Shown: one piece after another, positions 9,487 to 17,963 of the stretch
Position numbering within the stretch: position 1 is the first letter of the stretch
Layout of the letters: every line of letters begins with the position of its first letter
From: an uncultured Gemmatimonadaceae bacterium
Lineage (GTDB): Bacteria; Gemmatimonadota; Gemmatimonadetes; Gemmatimonadales; GWC2-71-9
Assembly (NCBI GenBank): GCA_964642475.1
Contig: CAZXRC010000001.1
Location: 3,560 to 67,559 of the forward strand
Direction: 5' to 3'
DNA: 64,000 nt
Program-made: the position numbers and the translations under genes
Notes under the pieces: model-generated
Database searches by the model: none
What the model was told of the DNA's origin: nothing
The model's input: the letters and a program-made list of their open reading frames with translations, nothing else

Positions 9487-11009
9487 CCCGGATCTACGTC
9501 TCCCGCGATTCGGGCGCCCTGTCGATGGGCGCCGAAGCCGTGGCCATGGCCGTGGCCACCGAAGCCGTCACCCGCAACCAGCCGGTGACCGTGGTCCGCA
9601 ACGGTTCCCGCGGCCTGTACTGGCTCGAGCCCCTGGTGGAAGTCGAAACACCGGCCGGCCGGCTGGCCTATGGCCCGGTCGCCCCCAACGACGTGCCGGG
9701 CCTCTTCACCGCGGGGTTCCTTGCCGGCGCGAACCACAAGCTCTCGCTGGGCTCGGTCGAGAAGATTCCATACTTCGCGAAGCAGGAGCGGCTCACCTTC
9801 GCCCGGGTGGGAATCACCGACCCGGTCTCCATCGGCGACTACCAGGCCCATCGTGGCTTCCAGGGCCTCCGGAACGCCCTCAATCTGAGCGGCGCCGCCA
9901 TCGTGGAGCAGGTGACCCAGTCCGGCCTGCGCGGCCGGGGCGGGGCCGCCTTCCCGACCGGGATCAAGTGGAAGACGGCCCTCACCGCCAGCGCCCCGCA
10001 GAAGTACATCGTCTGCAACGCCGACGAGGGTGACAGCGGCACCTTCTCCGACCGGATGATCATGGAGGGCGATCCGCTGGTGTTGGTCGAGGGCATGACC
10101 ATCGCGGGCCTCGCCGTCGGCGCCACCCAGGGCTACATCTATCTCCGGAGCGAATACCCCCACGCCGCCCGGACCCTCGACGAGGCCATCCGCAACGCCT
10201 ACGCCGCCGGCTATCTCGGCGCCAGCATCATGGGCAGCGGCCGGCGCTTTGACCTGGAGGTGCGCCTGGGGGCCGGCGCCTACATCTGCGGCGAGGAAAC
10301 CGCACTGCTCGAGAGCCTCGAAGGCCGCCGCGGCATGGTGCGTTACAAGCCGCCGCTCCCGGCGATCGAAGGCCTCTTCCGGCTCCCGACGGTCATCAAC
10401 AACGTCATCTCGCTCGCCTCGGTCCCGATCATCCTGGATCGCGGGGCCGAGTATTATCGGGACTACGGCGTGGGCCGCTCCCGCGGCACCCTGCCGATCC
10501 AGCTGGCCGGCAACCTCAAGCACGGCGGCCTGGTGGAGAAGGCCTTCGGCGTCACCGTCCGCGAGCTGCTCTACGACTACGGTGGCGGCTCGCTCTCGGG
10601 GCGGCCGATCCGGGCGGTGCAGATCGGCGGGCCCCTGGGGGCCTACCTTCCCGAATCCCAGTTCGACACCCCGCTCGACTACGAGGCCTTCGTCGCCATT
10701 AACGCGATGGTGGGTCACGGCGGGGTGGTGGCCTTCGACGACACCGTCGACATGGCCAGGATGGCCCGCTGGGCCATGGAGTTCTGCGCCATCGAATCGT
10801 GCGGCAAGTGCACCCCCTGCCGGATCGGCTCGACCCGCGGCGTCGAGGTGATCGATCGCATCATCGGCAACCGGAATCGCGAGTCCAATGTCGAGCTGCT
10901 GCGCGACCTCTGCGATACCATGCTGAGCGGCTCGCTCTGCGCCCTGGGGGGGATGACCCCCTACCCGGTGCTGAGCGCGTTGAATCATTTCCCCGAGGAC
11001 TTCGCATGA
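9483..11009 (+). CDS. fdsB: NAD-dependent formate dehydrogenase beta subunit (NuoF-like, FMN/NAD/4Fe-4S)
   Basis: Inside ORF 9249..11009. GTG 9483 overlaps the fdsG stop (GTGA). Strings: GLRGRGGAAFPTGIKW, YICGEETALLESLEG, ESCGKCTPCRIG. Confidence 0.85.
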   Translation: MTRIYVSRDSGALSMGAEAVAMAVATEAVTRNQPVTVVRNGSRGLYWLEPLVEVETPAGRLAYGPVAPNDVPGLFTAGFLAGANHKLSLGSVEKIPYFAKQERLTFARVGITDPVSIGDYQAHRGFQGLRNALNLSGAAIVEQVTQSGLRGRGGAAFPTGIKWKTALTASAPQKYIVCNADEGDSGTFSDRMIMEGDPLVLVEGMTIAGLAVGATQGYIYLRSEYPHAARTLDEAIRNAYAAGYLGASIMGSGRRFDLEVRLGAGAYICGEETALLESLEGRRGMVRYKPPLPAIEGLFRLPTVINNVISLASVPIILDRGAEYYRDYGVGRSRGTLPIQLAGNLKHGGLVEKAFGVTVRELLYDYGGGSLSGRPIRAVQIGGPLGAYLPESQFDTPLDYEAFVAINAMVGHGGVVAFDDTVDMARMARWAMEFCAIESCGKCTPCRIGSTRGVEVIDRIIGNRNRESNVELLRDLCDTMLSGSLCALGGMTPYPVLSALNHFPEDFA

Positions 11010-13846
11010 CCGCCATCCACGAAATCGACTACGGGACGCCACCGTCGCGCGCCACCGAGCGGGTGTCTCTGACCATCGACGGCATCCGGGTCACCGTTCC
11101 GGCCGGGACCTCGCTCATGCGGGCCGCGGCGGAGGCGGGCGTCACCGTCCCGAGGCTCTGCGCCACCGACAGTCTCGAAGCATTCGGGTCCTGCCGCCTT
11201 TGCCTGGTCGAGATCGAAGGGCGCCGCGGCACCCCCGCCTCCTGCACCACCCCGGCGGAAGAGGGGATGAAGGTCACCACCCAGAACGGCAAGCTGGCCC
11301 GGCTCCGCCGCGGGGTGATGGAGCTCTACATCTCCGACCACCCGCTCGACTGTCTCACCTGCGCCGCCAACGGCGACTGCGAGCTGCAGGACATGGCTGG
11401 CGCGGTGGGCCTGCGGGAGGTGCGCTACGGGTACGAGGGGGAGAATCACCTCAAGGCGACCAAGGACACCAGCAATCCCTACTTCACCTTCGATCCCGCC
11501 AAGTGCATCGTCTGCTCCCGCTGCGTCCGCGCCTGCGAGGAGATCCAGGGCACCTTTGCCCTCACGATCGACGGGCGGGGCTTCGACTCCAAGGTCGCCC
11601 CGGGCCAGATGGAGCCGTTCATGGAGTCGGAGTGCGTGAGCTGCGGCGCCTGCGTGCAGGCCTGCCCGACCGCCACGCTGATGGAGAACAGCGTGATCGA
11701 GGCGGGCACTCCCGAACGGAGCGTGGTGACCACGTGCGCCTACTGCGGGGTGGGCTGCGCCTTCGAGGCCGAGATGCGCGGCGCCGAGGTGGTGCGGATG
11801 ACGCCCTACAAGAACGGGCAGGCCAATCACGGCCACAGCTGCGTGAAGGGGCGCTTCGCCTGGGGCTACGCCACCCACCCCGACCGCATCACCAAGCCGA
11901 TGATCCGCAAAAAGATCACCGACCCCTGGAAAGAAGTGTCCTGGGACGAAGCGATCGCTCACGCGGCCGGGGAGTTCAAGCGGATCCAGGCCCGCTACGG
12001 CCGCGACGCGGTCGGCGCCATCAACTCCTCGCGCTGCACCAACGAGGAGACCTACCTGGTCCAGAAGCTGGTGCGCGCCGCCTTCGGCAACAACAACATC
12101 GACACCTGCGCCCGGGTCTGTCACTCGCCGACCGGCTATGGCCTCAAGCAGACCCTGGGTGAATCGGCGGGCACCCAGAACTTCGACTCGGTGCAGCATT
12201 GCGACGTGGTCTTCGTCATCGGAGCCAATCCCACCGATGGCCACCCGGTGTTCGCGTCCCATATGAAGCGCCGGCTGCGGGAAGGCGCCCGGCTCATCGT
12301 GGCCGACCCCCGCAAGATCGATCTGGTCGAGTCGCCCCACGTGAAGGCCGACTACCACCTCAAACTCCGCCCCGGTACCAACGTCGCCCTGGTCACCTCG
12401 ATGGCGCATGTCATTGTCACGGAAGGCCTGGCCAACGACGCCTTCGCCCGGGAGCACTGCGACGTCGCCAGTTACGAGCAGTGGAAGGCCTTCGTGGCCC
12501 GGCCGGAGAACGCCCCCGAAGCCATGGAGTCGGTGACCGGCGTGCCGGCCGCCCAGCTGCGGGGCGCGGCCCGGCTCTACGCCACCGGTGGCAACGCCGC
12601 GATCTACTACGGCCTCGGCGTCACCGAGCACAGCCAGGGATCGACCACGGTGCTCGGCATCGCCAACCTCGCCATGGCCACCGGGAACATCGGGCGCGAG
12701 GGGGTGGGCGTGAATCCGCTCCGCGGCCAGAACAACGTGCAGGGATCCTGCGACATGGGTTCCTTCCCCCACGAGCTGCCGGGGTACCGCCACGTGCTGG
12801 AGGACGACACCCGGACGCTGTTCGAGGGCGCCTGGGGTGTCCATCTCGAGCGCGAGCCCGGCCTCCGGATTCCCAACATGTTCGAGGCCGCCCTCGACGG
12901 CAGCTTCAAGGGCCTCTACTGCCAGGGCGAAGACATCGCCCAGTCCGACCCCAACACCCAGCATGTCACCGCCGCGCTCACCGCGATGGAGTGCATCGTG
13001 GTGCAGGACCTCTTTCTCAACGAGACCGCCAAGTTCGCCCACGTCTTCTTCCCCGGCTCGTCGTTCCTGGAGAAGAACGGCACCTTCACCAACGCCGAGC
13101 GGCGGATCTCGCCGGTGCGGAAGGTCATGCCCCCGCTGGGGGGCAAGGAGGATTGGGAGGTGACCGTGGCGCTGTCCAACGCCCTCGGCTACCCGATGCG
13201 TTACAGCCACCCCTCCGAGATCATGGATGAGATCGCCCGCCTCACGCCGACGTTCACCGGCGTGAGTTACGAGAAGATCGAACGGTTGGGCAGTATCCAG
13301 TGGCCCTGCAACGAGCTGGCGCCGGAGGGCACCCCCACCATGCACGCGGGCGGCCACTTCGTGCGCGGCAAGGGCAGGTTCTTCGTCACCGAGTACATTG
13401 CCACGTCGGAGCGGGTCAACAGCCGCTACCCGCTGATTCTGACCACCGGCCGGATCCTCTCCCAGTACAACGTGGGGGCCCAGACCCGGCGGACCGCCAA
13501 CGTCGACTGGCACGAGGAGGACCGCCTCGAGATCCACCCGCATGACGCCGAGGACCGCGGCATCAAGGACGGCGAATGGGTCGGGATCGTGAGCCGCGCC
13601 GGTGAGACCACCCTGCGGGCCAGGATCACCGAGCGGGTACAGCCGGGGGTGGTGTACACCACGTTCCACCATCCGGAATCGGGCGCCAACGTCATCACCA
13701 CCGAGAACTCCGACTGGGCCACCAACTGTCCCGAGTACAAGGTCACCGCGGTCCAAGTGTCCCCGGTGTTCCACACCTCCGAATGGCAGAACCGCTTCCG
13801 TAAGTTCACCGAGGAGCAGCTCGCGCTGCTCGGCAAGCAGCCGTAG
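11006..13846 (+). CDS. fdsA: NAD-dependent formate dehydrogenase alpha subunit (molybdopterin, Fe-S)
   Basis: Inside ORF 10799..13846. ATG 11006 overlaps the fdsB stop (ATGA). Cys clusters CRLCLVEIEG, CLTCAANGDCELQ, CIVCSRCVRAC, CVSCGACVQACP, CAYCGVGC. Molybdopterin domain with ARVCHSPTG (Cys ligand; no in-frame TGA). Confidence 0.9.
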   Translation: MTAIHEIDYGTPPSRATERVSLTIDGIRVTVPAGTSLMRAAAEAGVTVPRLCATDSLEAFGSCRLCLVEIEGRRGTPASCTTPAEEGMKVTTQNGKLARLRRGVMELYISDHPLDCLTCAANGDCELQDMAGAVGLREVRYGYEGENHLKATKDTSNPYFTFDPAKCIVCSRCVRACEEIQGTFALTIDGRGFDSKVAPGQMEPFMESECVSCGACVQACPTATLMENSVIEAGTPERSVVTTCAYCGVGCAFEAEMRGAEVVRMTPYKNGQANHGHSCVKGRFAWGYATHPDRITKPMIRKKITDPWKEVSWDEAIAHAAGEFKRIQARYGRDAVGAINSSRCTNEETYLVQKLVRAAFGNNNIDTCARVCHSPTGYGLKQTLGESAGTQNFDSVQHCDVVFVIGANPTDGHPVFASHMKRRLREGARLIVADPRKIDLVESPHVKADYHLKLRPGTNVALVTSMAHVIVTEGLANDAFAREHCDVASYEQWKAFVARPENAPEAMESVTGVPAAQLRGAARLYATGGNAAIYYGLGVTEHSQGSTTVLGIANLAMATGNIGREGVGVNPLRGQNNVQGSCDMGSFPHELPGYRHVLEDDTRTLFEGAWGVHLEREPGLRIPNMFEAALDGSFKGLYCQGEDIAQSDPNTQHVTAALTAMECIVVQDLFLNETAKFAHVFFPGSSFLEKNGTFTNAERRISPVRKVMPPLGGKEDWEVTVALSNALGYPMRYSHPSEIMDEIARLTPTFTGVSYEKIERLGSIQWPCNELAPEGTPTMHAGGHFVRGKGRFFVTEYIATSERVNSRYPLILTTGRILSQYNVGAQTRRTANVDWHEEDRLEIHPHDAEDRGIKDGEWVGIVSRAGETTLRARITERVQPGVVYTTFHHPESGANVITTENSDWATNCPEYKVTAVQVSPVFHTSEWQNRFRKFTEEQLALLGKQP

Positions 13847-13858
13847 CCGGAGCCCGAC

Positions 13859-14110
13859 GTGGATATCCATCACCTGGTCGAGATGGCCAATCAGATCGGC
13901 CGCTTTCACCGCTCGTTCCCCGATCACGCCGAAGCCCTGAAGGGCACGGCCATGCATCTGCGGCGAAGCTGGGAGCCGCGCATGCGCCGGGCCCTGCTGG
14001 AGCACATCGACAGCGGGGCGGGAGGCCTCGACCCGATCGTGCTCGAAGCCGTGGCCGCCTACCGGAAGGAACTCACCCCGCCCCCCGACGCGACACCGGC
14101 GCGGAAGTAG
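13859..14110 (+). CDS. fdsD: Formate dehydrogenase delta subunit
   Basis: 83 aa, GTG start. LVEMANQIGRFH...HLRRSWEPRMR resembles the FdsD family; positioned directly after fdsA. Confidence 0.7.
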   Translation: MDIHHLVEMANQIGRFHRSFPDHAEALKGTAMHLRRSWEPRMRRALLEHIDSGAGGLDPIVLEAVAAYRKELTPPPDATPARK

Positions 14111-14188
14111 GCCCGGCGCCGGCAGGTGGTCCGCGGGAGCCCCTCTCCCGGCGGCCCCCACTGCCCCCACCATTGACGGACACCGATC

Positions 14189-14668
14189 ATGCATCGCCTC
14201 ACGCCCCTGCTTCTCGCCCTCGCCCTGGCCCTGCCCGCACCCCTGGCCGCCCAGCGCTCCGTCGAGGAAACCGCCGTGCTCGCGACGGTGCAGAACCTCT
14301 TCCGGGGCATGCGGACGAGGGACACCGCCCTCATACGCTCAGTCTTCGAACCCGGCGCCCGCCTCACCGGAATGCGTACCCGCCCGGACGGCACCGAGGC
14401 CCTCCAGATCATCGGCGTCGAGCAGTTCGTGCAGTTCGTCGCCAAGGACCCCCGCCCCGAATGGACCGAGCGGGCTTTCGATCCCAAGGTCGAGATCGAA
14501 GGGTCCCTGGCTCAGGTCTGGGCGGCGTATGATTTCCATTTCGGGCAGACCTTCAGCCACTGCGGCGTCGATGCGGTCCAGCTGCTCAAGCACCGGGGTC
14601 AATGGCTCATCGTGTCCATCGCCGACACCTTCCAGCGCACCGGTTGCCCCGACCGGGGCAAGCCCTGA
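14189..14668 (+). CDS. Secreted NTF2-fold (SnoaL/DUF4440-like) protein
   Basis: Signal peptide MHRLTPLLLALALALPAPLAAQ. About 135-aa mature domain whose pattern (VQNLFRGMRTRD...AAYDFHF...VDAVQLLKHRGQWLIVSIADT) is typical of the NTF2-like fold. Confidence 0.5.
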   Translation: MHRLTPLLLALALALPAPLAAQRSVEETAVLATVQNLFRGMRTRDTALIRSVFEPGARLTGMRTRPDGTEALQIIGVEQFVQFVAKDPRPEWTERAFDPKVEIEGSLAQVWAAYDFHFGQTFSHCGVDAVQLLKHRGQWLIVSIADTFQRTGCPDRGKP

Positions 14669-14756
14669 GCGCCCGGCTGCACACCGGGCCCCGGCGCGTT
14701 AGCTTTCCCGCCCGTCGTACCGGGTACTGACGCTCCCTGGCCTCGAACCCCCGCGA

Positions 14757-15806
14757 ATGCGAGCTCTCGTCAAGACCGCCGCCGGCCCCGGCATGGACGT
14801 GCGTGACGTCCCCCATCCGGTGTGTGGACCGAGCGACGTGATCATCCGGGTCCACCACGCCGGCGTCTGCGGCACCGACCTGCATATCTGGGAATGGGAT
14901 GCCTGGGCCAGTGGGCGCCTGAGGCCGCCGGTCGTCATCGGCCACGAATTCGCCGGCGACATCGTGGAGCTCGGCACCGAAGCCCGCCAGGAAGGCCTCC
15001 TCGCCGTGGGTGACCTGGTCACCGCCGAGGGCCATATCGTCTGCGGCCACTGCCTCCCGTGCCGCACCGGCAACGCTCATGTCTGCCGTCGGACCCGGAT
15101 CATCGGGGTGGACCGCGATGGCGCCTTCGCCGAGTACATCGCGATGCCCGCCTCCAACGTCATGAAGCTGGACGGCATCCCCACCGAGATCGGCGCCATC
15201 ATGGACCCGATGGGGAACGCGGTGCATACGGTCCTGGAGGGCGGCAATGTGCCGGGGAGCGCCGTGCTGGTGCTGGGGTGTGGACCGATCGGCTGCTTCG
15301 CGGTGGGAGTGGCCCGTGCCGCCGGGGCCTCGCTGGTCATCGCCAGCGATTACAACCCCATGCGGCTCGAGCTCGCCCGGACCATGGGCGCCCATGTCAC
15401 GCTCAATCCCGGTCAGGACGATGTCGTCGCCCGGGCCCGGGATCTGACCGGCGGCGAGGGCGTCGACCTGGTCTGCGAAATGAGCGGCCACCCCGCCGGC
15501 CATCAGACCGCGTTCAGCGCCGCCCGCCTCGGCGGCCGGGTAAACTTCCTCGGCACCCCCAGCAAGACCACCGAGGTCAACTTCGCCCGCGACGTCATCT
15601 TCAAGGGCCTCACGCTCTACGGCGTCACCGGCCGCCGGATGTACGACACCTGGCAGCAGATGTTCCGTCTGCTCCGCGCCGGTCAGCTCGACCCCCGCCC
15701 GGTCGTGACCCACCGCTTCCGGCTGGAGCAGATGGCCGAGGCCATTCAGGTGATCAAAGACGGCCAGGCGGGCAAAGTGATCCTCGAGGTGCGACGTGAT
15801 GGGTGA
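14757..15806 (+). CDS. tdh: L-threonine 3-dehydrogenase
   Basis: 349 aa Zn-dependent ADH. Strings: MRALVKT, GVCGTDLHIWEWDAWA, GHEFAG, GCGPIG. Followed by kbl, as in the canonical tdh-kbl pair. Confidence 0.9.
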   Translation: MRALVKTAAGPGMDVRDVPHPVCGPSDVIIRVHHAGVCGTDLHIWEWDAWASGRLRPPVVIGHEFAGDIVELGTEARQEGLLAVGDLVTAEGHIVCGHCLPCRTGNAHVCRRTRIIGVDRDGAFAEYIAMPASNVMKLDGIPTEIGAIMDPMGNAVHTVLEGGNVPGSAVLVLGCGPIGCFAVGVARAAGASLVIASDYNPMRLELARTMGAHVTLNPGQDDVVARARDLTGGEGVDLVCEMSGHPAGHQTAFSAARLGGRVNFLGTPSKTTEVNFARDVIFKGLTLYGVTGRRMYDTWQQMFRLLRAGQLDPRPVVTHRFRLEQMAEAIQVIKDGQAGKVILEVRRDG

Positions 15807-15852
15807 GGAGTGAGAGGCGCTTCCCCATCTCGCTCGACCTTCGATTCCCGAC

Positions 15853-15884
15853 TCTCGACTCCCGACCCTCTCGACTCCCGACCC
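15853..15884. repeat. Perfect tandem duplication of a 16-mer (TCTCGACTCCCGACCC x2) in the tdh-kbl spacer
   Basis: Read directly: 15853-15868 and 15869-15884 are identical, preceded by a degenerate copy TCGATTCCCGAC at 15841-15852. The whole 15831-15894 spacer is strongly C-rich and G-poor on the coding strand (9 G in 64 nt). Confidence 0.85.
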
Positions 15885-15894
15885 CCGCACACCC

Positions 15895-17091
15895 ATGTCC
15901 TCCCTCGATTCCCGCCTCCAGTCCGAGCTCGCCCAGTTCCGGCAGGACGGCGTCTACAAGCGGCTCCTCTACCTCGACAGCCCGCAGGCGCCCCGAGTGC
16001 GGATGGAGGGCAAGGGCGAGGTCATTGTGCTCTCGTCCAACAATTACCTGGGCCTCTGCGACGTTCCGGAACTCATCGAGGCCGGCAAGGTCGCGCTCGA
16101 CCGGTTCGGCATCGGCACCGCTTCGGTCCGCTTCATCTGCGGGACTTTCACCGTCCACCGCGCCCTCGAGGCCGCCTGTGCCCGGCTGGTGGGGACGGCC
16201 CAGTCGCTCAGCTTCGTGAGCTGCTGGAACGCCAACGAGGCGGTTCCGGGCACGCTGCTGGGCGAGAACGACATCGTCATCAGCGACCAGCTCAATCACG
16301 CCTCAATCATCGATGGAATCCGCCTCGCCAAGGCGATTACCCGGTGCCAGACGGCGGTCTACCGTCATGCCGACCTGGACGACTTGCGGGAGAAGCTGGT
16401 CGCGGCCCGCGACCGCCGGGTCCGGATGGTGATCACCGACGGCGTGTTTTCGATGGAGGGGGCCATCGCCAGGCTTCCCGACCTGCGGGAGATCTGCCGC
16501 GCCCACGACGCGGTACTGGTGGTCGATGATAGCCACGCCACCGGGGTCCTGGGTAAGACCGGCCGGGGGACGGCAGAGCATTTCGGAATGGTGGGGGAGA
16601 TCGACATCATCACCTCCACCCTGGGGAAGGCGCTGGGTGGCGCGGCCGGGGGCTTCGTCGCCGGCAGCGAGGCAGTTTGCGACTACCTCACGCAACGCGC
16701 ACGGCCCCAGCTCTTTTCCAATGCCCTCCCCCCCACCGTGGCCGCCACCGCGCTGGCCAGCGTGGAGTTCCTCGAACGGCACCCCGAGCGCGTCACCCAG
16801 CTCCGGGCCAACACCGCCTATTTCCGCGACCAACTGCTCGCGCGGGGATTCAAGCCGCTCCCGGGGGAAACGCCCATTGTCCCCGTCATTGTGGGCGAGA
16901 CCGCGAAGGCCATTCAGATGAGCAACCTGCTGCTGGAGGAGGGGGTCTTCGTGACCGGATTCGGCTTCCCGGTCGTGCCGCAGGGCCAGGCCAGGGTGCG
17001 CTGTCAGATCTCCGCGGCCCATTCCCGGGATGATCTGGACCGGGCTTTGCACGCGATGACCAGAGCCGGTCAACGCCTGGGTCTGGTGTGA
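15895..17091 (+). CDS. kbl: Glycine C-acetyltransferase (2-amino-3-ketobutyrate CoA ligase)
   Basis: 398 aa class-II PLP enzyme. Strings: NNYLGL, VVDDSHATGVLG, TSTLGKALGGAAGG (PLP Lys), RVRCQISAAHS. Confidence 0.9.
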   Translation: MSSLDSRLQSELAQFRQDGVYKRLLYLDSPQAPRVRMEGKGEVIVLSSNNYLGLCDVPELIEAGKVALDRFGIGTASVRFICGTFTVHRALEAACARLVGTAQSLSFVSCWNANEAVPGTLLGENDIVISDQLNHASIIDGIRLAKAITRCQTAVYRHADLDDLREKLVAARDRRVRMVITDGVFSMEGAIARLPDLREICRAHDAVLVVDDSHATGVLGKTGRGTAEHFGMVGEIDIITSTLGKALGGAAGGFVAGSEAVCDYLTQRARPQLFSNALPPTVAATALASVEFLERHPERVTQLRANTAYFRDQLLARGFKPLPGETPIVPVIVGETAKAIQMSNLLLEEGVFVTGFGFPVVPQGQARVRCQISAAHSRDDLDRALHAMTRAGQRLGLV

Positions 17092-17132
17092 CCGGTCATT
17101 TTTCGGTGTATCTTCGGTGGTAGGCTAGGTTC

Positions 17133-17161
17133 TTGCTGGATCGGGCGACTTCAAGTAGTTT
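17133..17161 (+). promoter_or_regulatory. Candidate sigma-70-type promoter for the beta-barrel gene (TTGCTG-N17-TAGTTT)
   Basis: In the locally AT-richer kbl/OMP spacer: TTGCTG at 17133-17138, a 17-nt spacer, then TAGTTT at 17156-17161, about 75 nt upstream of ATG 17235. Pattern match only. Confidence 0.25.
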
Positions 17162-17234
17162 GGTAGGTCACCGCTACAAGCAAAAGCTGGCAAAGCCCTT
17201 TGGGCCCCAACGCACCCTCTCTGGAGGCATTCCG

Positions 17235-17906
17235 ATGCGCATGCTAGGCCGCACCGCCACGGTGCTCGGACTGGCTTGCCTGGCTCAGGCGCCGTCGCTT
17301 TCGGCCCAGTCGATTATCGGGTTCGACTCGTTCAAGTGGTATATCGGCGGCCAGGGCGGAGTCACCATCTTCGAGACTCCCAGGCAGACCCGCGGTGGGA
17401 TCTTCACCGCCGGCGGCCACGTGCTGGTCACCGCTCGGCGGACCGGCCTCCTGCTCTCGGTCGAGGAAGGCATCAAGAAGGACCAGCTGAGTTCCTATCC
17501 GGATGCCGCCGCCCTCAACGGGCAGCGGAATGTCACGTTCAATGACCTCCGGAAATACTCGGTCAGCATCCTGGCCTTCCCCTTCAAGACCATCGCCCAG
17601 CCCTACCTCGGCATCGGTTTCGGGCTGCTTCAGACGGTCAAGGAATACCCCACCGTCACGGGGCTGACACCGTCCCAGGCCGAAGCGGTCCGGACCACGG
17701 CCCACCAGCAGGGCAGTTACACCTTCGCCAGCTTCACCGGCGGCGTGCAGATTCGCCTCTCGCAGTTCGCCGTGTTCGGCCAGTACCAGATCACCACCTC
17801 GCCCGGCTCCGGCCACCTGACCACCGGGCCGACCCATGCTCTCACCGCGGGTCTCCGAGTCAGCCTCGGCAGCTCGCGCGAGGATGACGGCAGCGGCATC
17901 AAGTAG
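17235..17906 (+). CDS. Outer-membrane beta-barrel protein (OmpW/OmpA-barrel-like)
   Basis: Inside ORF 17133..17906. ATG 17235 is preceded by GGAGG (17223-17227). Signal peptide MRMLGRTATVLGLACLAQAPSLSAQS. Alternating hydrophobic beta-strand pattern (GGVQIRLSQFAVFGQYQI, ALTAGLRVSLG). Confidence 0.55.
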   Translation: MRMLGRTATVLGLACLAQAPSLSAQSIIGFDSFKWYIGGQGGVTIFETPRQTRGGIFTAGGHVLVTARRTGLLLSVEEGIKKDQLSSYPDAAALNGQRNVTFNDLRKYSVSILAFPFKTIAQPYLGIGFGLLQTVKEYPTVTGLTPSQAEAVRTTAHQQGSYTFASFTGGVQIRLSQFAVFGQYQITTSPGSGHLTTGPTHALTAGLRVSLGSSREDDGSGIK

Positions 17907-17926
17907 CGCCACACAGTTTCAGCGAC

Positions 17927-17963
17927 AGCGGGCGGGTCCTCAGACCCGCCCGCTCTGCTTTTT
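17927..17963 (+). terminator. Rho-independent terminator of the beta-barrel gene
   Basis: Perfect 12-bp stem AGCGGGCGGGTC (17927-17938) / GACCCGCCCGCT (17943-17954), loop CTCA, followed by CTGCTTTTT. It overlaps the 3' end of convergent mpg, whose stop codon lies in the loop. Confidence 0.7.

Noticed and set aside
11006-13846. Selenocysteine-containing formate dehydrogenase.
   Set aside because: The reading frame is uninterrupted, with no in-frame TGA. The molybdenum-ligand position reads Cys (ARVCHSPTG), as in NAD-dependent Fds-type enzymes.
10985-14194. A 1069-aa minus-strand ORF. The same applies to the other very long ORFs 55721..58315(+), 47129..49360(-), 9369..11042(-), 33089..34678(-), 44619..46160(-), 46399..47955(+), 4108..5328(+), 20666..21688(-) and 60026..61591(+).
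   Set aside because: All lie antisense to, or out of frame with, genes that have clear family motifs (fdsA, neuC/GT2, PQQ dehydrogenase, fdsB, wzc, FkbH, MBOAT, rlmI, asnB, wzt/wzm). Their translations are Arg/Gly/Pro/Ala-rich low-complexity strings, which is typical of shadow ORFs in high-GC DNA.
17088-17110. Intrinsic terminator after kbl (TGACCGGTCATTTTT).
   Set aside because: The palindrome TGACCGGTCA can only form a 3-4-bp stem with no real loop, which is too weak to call despite the T-run.
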